This document shows positions 1-6,286 of a stretch of 11,187 nucleotides of DNA, piece after piece. Source of the DNA: Oligoflexia bacterium (GTDB lineage: Bacteria > Bdellovibrionota > Bdellovibrionia > JABDDW01); assembly GCA_043732305.1 (NCBI GenBank), contig JAYTHU010000156.1:1-11187 (forward strand), written 5' to 3'. The translations under genes and the position numbers were made by a program. The notes below the pieces were generated by a model, which saw only the letters and a program-made list of their open reading frames with translations, was not told the DNA's origin and made no database searches. How positions within the stretch are numbered: position 1 is the first letter of the stretch; each line of letters starts with the position of its first letter.

Positions 1-41
1 CGAACAAAATGACGTTGACACGAATCAGGAAATAAACGAAG

Positions 42-362
42 TTGCTTAACACAAACCGCCACTCGGCTTTTGAATTTCAACTAAACGATGGACAACCCCC
101 AAAACTCAGCGTTCCGGAGATGGCATTACAACTGCAAATCTCTGAAGGGCAAGTTTATTATGAACTGTCTATGCTTGAGATTTCTATCGTCGATGCTTTT
201 GAGAAGGCCGGAATTCAAGGAGACTCTCAAGCGACAAGGTTCATTGAACATCACCTTCACACCTCAAATCGTGGAGTAAGGTGGGATCGTCTGCTCCCCT
301 ACGAAGGAAGCAATCAATTAATAGTCGAAATGGAAAAGAAGAAAAGATTAACAGGATCATGA
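42..362 (+). CDS. Hypothetical protein with a possible helix-turn-helix (sigma-70 region 4-like); may be a fragment
   Basis: 106-aa ORF with a TTG start and no clear SD. Segment FQLNDGQPPKLSVPEMALQLQISEGQVYYELSML has HTH-like spacing. A different frame is open from the window start to TAA 47-49 and overlaps the start. Confidence 0.3.
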   Translation: MLNTNRHSAFEFQLNDGQPPKLSVPEMALQLQISEGQVYYELSMLEISIVDAFEKAGIQGDSQATRFIEHHLHTSNRGVRWDRLLPYEGSNQLIVEMEKKKRLTGS

Positions 363-364
363 AC

Positions 365-483
365 CCTCTTCGGTCACCTTTACCCGTGAGTCAATACGAA
401 GACGCTCAGAAGTTAGGTACATCTTTGCTGTTGTCGCGGCAATTAAATTCACAACAGTCTGATAATCCACCAACGGCTGGCCG
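365..483 (-). pseudogene. ISAzo13-family transposase, C-terminal remnant cut off by the IS1595 insertion
   Basis: Minus-strand translation GQPLVDYQTVVNLIAATTAK...RVKVTEE continues the WHGQ broken at 1435-1442 and matches the ISAzo13 C-terminal pattern (WRGxPL..xVIVNLIAATTT). The lower boundary is uncertain. Confidence 0.75.
476..483 (+). repeat. Left 8-bp target-site duplication GCTGGCCG of the IS1595 element
   Basis: Identical to 1435-1442 and directly abuts the left TIR. Confidence 0.92.
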
Positions 484-509
484 CCTACGTATGCACTTGA
501 CGCAAGTTA
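484..509 (+). repeat. Left terminal inverted repeat CCTACGTATGCACTTGACGCAAGTTA
   Basis: Exact reverse complement of 1409-1434. Confidence 0.95.
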
Positions 510-532
510 GCTATTAGATCCAATATGGACAA

Positions 533-1411
533 GTGGATTATCCTAAAAATTATCAAGCACTGACTAAGAAATTTGCCACACAAGATGCCTGCATAGACTA
601 CATTGCATCGATTCGTTGGAAAGATGGTTTTGTCTGCACCGCTTGTGGATCAAAAAAGTTTTGGAGATCAAAGCGTCTGCTTTGGATCTGTTCTGATTGT
701 GAAACTGAGTCTAGGGTTTTGTCCGGAACACTTTTTCAAGATACTAAGCTGCCATTAAACTTATGGCTTCAAATGATTTGGTGGTTTATGGGTCAAAAAA
801 ATGGTGCCAATGCACTTTCACTTCAACAAAATTTTGGAATCGGAAGCTATCGGACTTCGTGGGCACTTTTAAAAAAGTTACGTACATGTACAGCTCAATC
901 ACCAAGATCGCAACTCAGTGGTGATGTTGAAGTTGATCAGGCCTTTCTTGGTGGCGTAAAGGGTAAGGAAATCATAATGATAGCTGCCGAAAAGCGAGGG
1001 TCAGCAACAGGTCGGGTTCGGCTCAAACATGTTAAGTCTGAAAGCGCTGAAGAGGTTCAAGGTTTTATTATTGATATGATCGAACTTGGCTCAAATATTA
1101 TTTCTGACGGTCATAAGAGCTATCATTCTATTGTTGAAAAAAGTTACACCCGCGAGGCCATGAAAAAACCGTACACTTGGGAAAATATAGATGGCGACGA
1201 CGACAGATTATTACCACGCATTGGCCGAGTCACTGCGCACATGAAGCGTTGGTATCATGGAACTTATCATGGCGGCATGAAAATAAAAGAAATTCAGCCG
1301 TATCTTGATGAATTTGTTTTCCGCTACAATCGACGAACTTCAAAAAGCAGAGGGCTTGTCTTCCATAGACTGGTTGAGGCAGCAGTTAAATCTGAACCGA
1401 ATACTGCTTAA
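533..1411 (+). CDS. IS1595-family (ISXO2-like) transposase, 292 aa
   Basis: N-terminal Zn ribbon (CTAC...CSDC), GTLFQDTKLPL, HTH region, VEVD and IISDG acidic motifs, and C-terminal YLDEFVFRYNRR. GTG start; the TAA stop lies inside the right TIR. Confidence 0.95.
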   Translation: MDYPKNYQALTKKFATQDACIDYIASIRWKDGFVCTACGSKKFWRSKRLLWICSDCETESRVLSGTLFQDTKLPLNLWLQMIWWFMGQKNGANALSLQQNFGIGSYRTSWALLKKLRTCTAQSPRSQLSGDVEVDQAFLGGVKGKEIIMIAAEKRGSATGRVRLKHVKSESAEEVQGFIIDMIELGSNIISDGHKSYHSIVEKSYTREAMKKPYTWENIDGDDDRLLPRIGRVTAHMKRWYHGTYHGGMKIKEIQPYLDEFVFRYNRRTSKSRGLVFHRLVEAAVKSEPNTA

Positions 1412-1434
1412 CTTGCGTCAAGTGCATACGTAGG
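1409..1434 (+). repeat. Right terminal inverted repeat TAACTTGCGTCAAGTGCATACGTAGG
   Basis: Exact reverse complement of 484-509. Confidence 0.95.
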
Positions 1435-1442
1435 GCTGGCCG
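1435..1442 (+). repeat. Right 8-bp target-site duplication GCTGGCCG
   Basis: Identical to 476-483. Confidence 0.92.
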
Positions 1443-2262
1443 TGCCAGATCATACTGATATATGAAAAAGTCTGTGTTCAATTTCATTCCATTTGCTGGT
1501 GCCCGAAGGGAAGTGGCAGGCAGTCACTGTAAAACCAGATGGGTCACAGAATCTATGCAACTCGCGTTTCCACAGATGTGACCGGTACCCATTGCTACCT
1601 CCAGCATCGGCGCAGATTAAAAGCTTTTTTGCTTAAGGATAACGTTTTTTCCCATTTGCCACCATCACTGGCGGATACTTTCCAATCAGCTCTTTCTTCT
1701 TGGTGTCAACAGAGAGACCTGAGTCCGGGGATCGTAAAAATTTACTTGCACATTTGTTGATGTAGTAAAACTGTTCATAGCGGTGTGGATGGTCCCTTTT
1801 CCCCTCAGAAGTTTTTCGATTTGATTGAAGATTGTAACCCAAGTCATTCAAAATATTCACCACAGATTATCGCCCAAATGAAAACCCCTTCTCAGACAAA
1901 TTTTCCGCTAGATTTCTAGCGCTCTTGCAAGTCCACCTGAGAGTGGATTCTGGATCCCCCTTGCCGTTGGCTCAACCAAGCTGTCAAGGGCACTCAAAAG
2001 GTTTGAATGTTTTTTTGCTCAGCTATTTACTTTCACCACCGGGCTTTCTTTTTCGGTTGTATTTATGGTTTTTAGATTCAATATCAGAAATTCCGACATA
2101 AATTGTTTGCCGTGACATTCCAATAATATCTGCAACTGCCTGAACGCCACCACGGCCAAATGACCGCGCTTCTGATGCCACTAAAACTCTACGCATCTTC
2201 TGATTTTAAAATGGAAGTACTCGATTCAACCGCTGGCGAAGATCCTTGATGCTGTTTCTCAA
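1435..2262 (-). pseudogene. ISAzo13-family (Rhodopirellula-type DDE) transposase pseudogene, main part
   Basis: Motifs across frames: RRVLVASEARSFGRGG, LVEPTARG/DPESTLRWTCKS, LGYNLQSNRKTSEG, SVDTKKKELIG, LLICADAGGSNGYR, CHFPSGTSKWNEIEHRLFS. In-frame stops (TAA 2206-2208, TAG 2023-2025), frameshifts at homopolymers (2010-2016, 1956-1960) and an internal deletion near 1680. Confidence 0.9.
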
Positions 2263-2298
2263 GGAAGAAAATTTACAGACAACTACTCAAATTTCTGG

Positions 2299-2316
2299 GT
2301 TATTTTTGGACAGCCC
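2299..2316 (-). repeat. Probable left terminal inverted repeat of the ISAzo13 remnant (GGGCTGTCCAAAAATAAC on minus strand)
   Basis: Lies about 40-55 bp upstream of the transposase start and resembles ISAzo13-type ends as I recall them. No partner repeat is found in the window. Confidence 0.45.
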
Positions 2317-2329
2317 GCGGTCTAACAAC

Positions 2330-2343
2330 TGACAAAATTGTCC
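2330..2343. promoter_or_regulatory. Dyad TGACAAAATTGTCC resembling a CusR/CopR-type operator
   Basis: GACAA-N2-TTGTC inverted repeat; 13 of 14 positions match the E. coli CusR-box core TGACAAAATTGTCA. Confidence 0.3.
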
Positions 2344-2493
2344 TTTGGCCATTTCAATGGGCTCAATAGTCCTCCATGTTCTTAATAACGTACGTTAAAA
2401 AGCATTCGATTTAGATTTAGTTAAATTTCTGGTGGATTAGGAGACTGACTTATCAAGGATTTACTAAATTTAATAAATTGGAAAGGGGCGCCG

Positions 2494-2502
2494 TGATACC
2501 AT
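2494..2502 (+). promoter_or_regulatory. Candidate extended -10 promoter (TG-A-TACCAT) for the NHL gene
   Basis: TGnTAnnnT pattern ending 9 nt before ATG 2512. No correctly spaced -35. Confidence 0.35.
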
Positions 2503-2511
2503 CCCACTCTA

Positions 2512-3498
2512 ATGGAGATGATTGAAAAGATGAAGAAGAAACAAACTAGAATATTCTGCGAATTGATCTTCTTATGCTTGACAGCAATATTTTCTGCTGG
2601 ATGTGGCAGACTTTGGGGCGGAGTAACGTTTTTTTCAGCTCCAGGCTCTCTTCACTATATTTTTATTACAGACACCGGAAACAACCGTGTGCAAGTTTTT
2701 GACTCTTCAGGGAACTATGTTTCCCAATTTGGTTCCAATGGAGCCGGAAACGGCCAATTTAATTTTGCGCAAGGAATATCATTAGATTCTGGTGGCAACA
2801 TTTTCGTCTCTGATAATGCACAGAATAGAGTCCAAAAATTTAATTCTCAAGGAAACTATATTTTACAATCAGGAACTTTCGGCGCCCTCGACGGGCAGTT
2901 CGATGCTGCAGAAGGTGTGAACGTTGATATCCCCACGGGGAATTACTACGTGGTAGATCAAATTAATTCTCGATTGCAAAAATTTTCTCCGTTAGGGGTA
3001 TTTATTCTCAAGTTTGGAACTGCTGGAGGTTTGAACGGTCAATTTTCTTCACCTGTAGATGTGGCCTCAGATCTAAGTTCTAATGTATTTGTTTCGGACT
3101 CAGGTAACAACCGAGTGCAAAAATTTGATTCCTTAGGAAATTTTATTTTGAAGTTTGGCACACCGGGAATTGGAAATGCGAAGTTCTCTGCACTTTCAGG
3201 AATCACCACAGATGCTGCGGGGAATCTATATGCCTGCGATTCTATGGCAAATTCCATCCAAAAATTTAGCTCCGCTGGGATTTTTATTTTTCAATTTGGA
3301 AGTTCCGGAACAGGCGCGGGGCAATTCACTGGCCTCACAGACGTAGCCGTAGACTCCAGAGGTTATATTTATGCATTGGATATTAACCTAAATAGAGTTT
3401 CCATATTTGATTCCAACGGGAATTTTATACTGAAATTTGGCACGACAGGAATTAATCCGGGCCAACTAAACAGTCCTTATTTTATCGAAGTCAGGTAG
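2512..3498 (+). CDS. NHL-repeat six-bladed beta-propeller protein, probable lipoprotein
   Basis: Six repeats of about 47 aa (e.g. NVFVSDSGNNRVQKFDSLGNFILKFGTPGIGNAKF). Basic N-terminus, hydrophobic stretch and lipobox-like SAG-C. The start could be 2512, 2518 or 2530. Confidence 0.9.
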   Translation: MEMIEKMKKKQTRIFCELIFLCLTAIFSAGCGRLWGGVTFFSAPGSLHYIFITDTGNNRVQVFDSSGNYVSQFGSNGAGNGQFNFAQGISLDSGGNIFVSDNAQNRVQKFNSQGNYILQSGTFGALDGQFDAAEGVNVDIPTGNYYVVDQINSRLQKFSPLGVFILKFGTAGGLNGQFSSPVDVASDLSSNVFVSDSGNNRVQKFDSLGNFILKFGTPGIGNAKFSALSGITTDAAGNLYACDSMANSIQKFSSAGIFIFQFGSSGTGAGQFTGLTDVAVDSRGYIYALDINLNRVSIFDSNGNFILKFGTTGINPGQLNSPYFIEVR

Positions 3499-3640
3499 AA
3501 ACTCTGTTTAAGATAGGGATTTCCATCGGAAGTGAAAATGCTATTTCCTTGCTTGCAATATTTTAATTTTATTATTTATTACCAAGTCAAGTCGCCATTA
3601 TGGTTCTTCTTCAGAAGTTTTGTAAACCAAAGGAGTCTTT

Positions 3641-3769
3641 ATGGTGTCCTCGATAAAAGAACTTAAAAAGAAAGAACGTTCCTCTAAATCTTCCGTCACC
3701 TTAGGTGAATCTGTTCAAGAGATGATGAAAAGTTGGCAGGAGAAAGCCAAAAAATGCACCCTATCATAG
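3641..3769 (+). CDS. Candidate small basic protein, 42 aa (MVSSIKELKKKERSSKSSVTLGESVQEMMKSWQEKAKKCTLS)
   Basis: Strong SD AAGGAG (3630-3635) 5 nt before the ATG; TAG at 3767-3769. Not listed in the ORF track. Confidence 0.45.
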   Translation: MVSSIKELKKKERSSKSSVTLGESVQEMMKSWQEKAKKCTLS

Positions 3770-3900
3770 GAAATCCTATTGACGTCTGGGAAGCACGGTA
3801 GAATAAAATTATTAATTTGGTGACGTTCGGAATTTGGAAAAGACTGATCACCATTATATACAGCCCGATATTCAGACCCTATTAAACACTATATTCCCGT

Positions 3901-3943
3901 TGTCCCCGCCCGAAATCCGACCAAAACGTCCGCTTCCGGGACA
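3901..3943. promoter_or_regulatory. Candidate upstream activating sequence for a sigma54 enhancer-binding protein
   Basis: GC-rich patch bounded by TGTCCC (3901-3906) and GGGACA (3938-3943), with tandem imperfect dyads GCCCGAAATCCGAC and GTCCGCTTCCGGGAC. It lies about 145-190 bp upstream of the predicted TSS and is followed by an AT-rich tract. Confidence 0.4.
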
Positions 3944-4062
3944 CACAAAATACCTAAATTTTTAGTATATTAACTTTTGAAACCCTAACATTTCACTTTG
4001 AAAGATAAATTGTGTCTAGAGATCATCAACCTTTCTACCCTGGACATCTTGGCCATAATTCG

Positions 4063-4078
4063 TGGCATTGCATTTGCT
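4063..4078 (+). promoter_or_regulatory. Sigma54 (RpoN) -24/-12 promoter of the efflux operon
   Basis: TGGCATTGCATTTGCT versus consensus TGGCACG-N4-TTGCW, with exact GG-N10-GC spacing (GG 4064-4065, GC 4076-4077), directly before the first gene. Confidence 0.7.
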
Positions 4079-4091
4079 ATAGCCAGAGACT

Positions 4092-5336
4092 ATGAAACTT
4101 GCGCGGACCGATTTACTTAGACTCATTATACTTTCTGCCATGATTACACAATTTCCATTAAATGCTTCAGCGCTCGGCCTGACCGACGCGGTCTTTCTTG
4201 GACTCGGAAAACCATCGTACATAGCCCCCCAGAGAGAACTTTATAGTCTCGCGAGGATGGACCGATGGAAAAGATTCGTGCTCAATGAACCACAACTTAT
4301 TTTTATCGGGGCGGATGACGGCGCTAGCGAAGCCGTGGGAATTTCAGAAGTCGTAAGTTTTCCTGGAAAAGGATTAGCACTTTCTCATTTAGATGCAGAA
4401 AAAGAGAGATCACTTTTTGCTGAATACTCGGCAAAAAAATACGAACTTGCCAATCAAATCGCACAAACTTATCTCGACTGCGCCACTGCAAAAGCTAACT
4501 TTGATCAGCAAGCAGCAATAACAGTGGATCTTGAAACGTTAGCGCGCTCGATTAAAGCAAGATACGAATCAGGGCACGGAACTCAGTCTGAAAATATCAG
4601 CGCAGAACTTCAACTCAGACAACAAAAAACAGATTTAGAAGCAGCGGAAGACAAAAAAGGAGTGAGTTGCCGAGCCCTAGCAACGTTACTTAATATAGAC
4701 GAAGAGCAAGCGAGTTCCGCAGAGCTTGGTGATGATCTAGATGAAAAAGTAATTTCCGAATTAGGAGCGAACAATGCGGATGAAGATCGCCTGCATGCAA
4801 CTATTCGATTGAGTGAGGCTACTTCTTCTGTTGCGTGGTGGTCACAACTTCCTGACCTTACATTTGGTGCAGCAAAAAATCACTATCTCTCCCTACCAGC
4901 CAGTCCCTCGGGAAAAGAATGGACAATGACCTACTCCGTGATGATCACAGTCCCTTTATTTTTCCCATTTTATGAAACCACGGAAGCGCGTCGTATGAAA
5001 TCGCAAGCGTCGGTAGACCGTTACACTGCGGAAATTCAATTGATACACGTGAAGGCCGACAAAGAAGATGCAGGAAAAACATACCAAAGAAGTTCTCGCA
5101 GGCTTCGTGAATTACGATCAAAAGATCTGATGATGGCTCATGCCTTGATGGAAAGTACTTTGTCATCTTATCGTACTGGAAAATTAGGATTTGCTGAATT
5201 GGTATTGGCAAGAAAAACTCTCATCGACTTGAAAGCTCAGGACATTCAAATCCGAAACACTATAATCACCGCCCGCCTCAAGTGCCTTTCACAATGCCAA
5301 TTGGCCTCGTCCTCAAAGGAGAACCACATTCCATGA
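4092..5336 (+). CDS. TolC-family outer-membrane efflux protein (CzcC/CusC-like), 414 aa
   Basis: Signal peptide ending ASA; two OEP repeats (IAQTYLD..., KARYESG and SYRTGKLGFAELVLARK); LPDLTFG and ITVPLFF beta-strand motifs; first gene of an OMF-MFP-RND operon. Confidence 0.88.
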   Translation: MKLARTDLLRLIILSAMITQFPLNASALGLTDAVFLGLGKPSYIAPQRELYSLARMDRWKRFVLNEPQLIFIGADDGASEAVGISEVVSFPGKGLALSHLDAEKERSLFAEYSAKKYELANQIAQTYLDCATAKANFDQQAAITVDLETLARSIKARYESGHGTQSENISAELQLRQQKTDLEAAEDKKGVSCRALATLLNIDEEQASSAELGDDLDEKVISELGANNADEDRLHATIRLSEATSSVAWWSQLPDLTFGAAKNHYLSLPASPSGKEWTMTYSVMITVPLFFPFYETTEARRMKSQASVDRYTAEIQLIHVKADKEDAGKTYQRSSRRLRELRSKDLMMAHALMESTLSSYRTGKLGFAELVLARKTLIDLKAQDIQIRNTIITARLKCLSQCQLASSSKENHIP

Positions 5337-6286
5337 AACTTTATTTAGTTTTCATGATTCTTGTCACTTCCATAAACTGCTTTGCCGCATCTGAAGAAGC
5401 AGATTACAAATGGACTCCGGTGAAAAAAGGAACTGGCCTCAGTGGAATCCACGTCACAGGTCGCGTGGTTCCCAAAGAAGGTGGGCGCATTGTTGAATCT
5501 GCCCGCGTTCAAGGGCGAATCACGGATATTATTAAACGCGAAGGAGAAAAAGTCGTTATCGGAAGCTCACTCTTCAAGGTGAGCAGTGCAGATTGTATTT
5601 CTCTTGGCGAAGAAATGCGCGTAGCAAAAGACCAAGCATTAAAAGAAATGCTTGATTCAACTATTCGTCGAGAAAAACAACTCGGACTGAAACTAGTAGA
5701 CGAAGAATGTGAGATCGTGGCCACTCATGCAGGGGTAATGGTAAAAAGAAATTTGGAACTTGGACAAACATTCAATGTGGGAGATCCACTCGCAACGATC
5801 ATCGATGTTTCAAAACTCGCCATTGAATTGGATGTACCAGAAAATGAATCGGCGATGCTTAAAATCGGACAGACAGTTTCATTTCAATTGTCGAAAAAAG
5901 GATCTGTTCGTTACTCAGCACCAATTCAGCAGATTGTTCCCGCCATTGATCAAGCCAGCCGAACGGTTAAAATTAGATTGTCACCTGCAAAAATGCCACT
6001 AGGAGCAAATGTGGATGCACTTGTCTTTGGTGATGTGCAAACAAAATTAGGTTCAGAGATTTTAAGTGTGCCTACAGAAGCATTGGTTTTTAGCCACAAC
6101 AAACAATATGTCATCAAGAAAATGGGAAAAGGGTTTCAGCCCGTTTCCATTCGTGTGATTAGCGAATCTGAAGACTCAAGTTCTTTCAGTCCGGATGAAC
6201 CAGGGCAACTCACTGCAGGAGATTTGGTGGCTACGCAAGGCGCTCTCTTTTTATTTAACCAATTGCAACTTGAGCCTCAGCCATGA
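5333..6286 (+). CDS. RND periplasmic adaptor / membrane fusion protein (CzcB/CusB-like), 317 aa
   Basis: ARVQGRI lipoyl half-motif, LGQTFNVGDPL, IDQASRTVKIR, VPTEALV, LTAGDLVATQGA. Start moved to ATG 5333 because of the ATGA overlap with the upstream stop, an AAGGAG SD and a signal peptide (MKLYLV...CFA). Confidence 0.92.
   Translation: MKLYLVFMILVTSINCFAASEEADYKWTPVKKGTGLSGIHVTGRVVPKEGGRIVESARVQGRITDIIKREGEKVVIGSSLFKVSSADCISLGEEMRVAKDQALKEMLDSTIRREKQLGLKLVDEECEIVATHAGVMVKRNLELGQTFNVGDPLATIIDVSKLAIELDVPENESAMLKIGQTVSFQLSKKGSVRYSAPIQQIVPAIDQASRTVKIRLSPAKMPLGANVDALVFGDVQTKLGSEILSVPTEALVFSHNKQYVIKKMGKGFQPVSIRVISESEDSSSFSPDEPGQLTAGDLVATQGALFLFNQLQLEPQP

Larger units (their letters stand above)
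484..1434 (+). mobile_element. Complete IS1595-family insertion sequence, probably ISSod11 subgroup, 951 bp
   Basis: Perfect 26-bp TIRs (484-509 and 1409-1434), an 8-bp TSD and a single transposase ORF. Size and TSD length are typical of the IS1595 family. Confidence 0.93.

Noticed and set aside
88..517. ORFs 88-279 and 281-517 on the plus strand
   Set aside because: They overlap the 42-362 ORF, the antisense ISAzo13 remnant and the IS1595 TIR, and have no recognisable motifs.
1539..1863. ORFs 1539-1760 (+) and 1633-1863 (-) as independent genes
   Set aside because: The minus ORF is a fragment of the ISAzo13 pseudogene and the plus ORF is its antisense shadow.
2650..3498. Recurring DNA words (e.g. 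AACAACCG.GTGCAA, TTTATT.T.AAGTTTGG) as a CRISPR array or DGR-type repeat
   Set aside because: The roughly 141-bp periodicity is explained by in-frame NHL protein repeats. There are no identical repeats with unique spacers and no cas or reverse transcriptase gene.
3779..3809. Sigma70 promoter TTGACG with TAGAAT or TAAAAT
   Set aside because: Spacers are 14 or 19 bp, outside the optimal 16-18, so it is not supportable without TSS data.
5282..5332. Longer start for the adaptor gene given by the ORF track
   Set aside because: ATG 5333 has an SD, an ATGA coupling overlap and begins a proper signal peptide.
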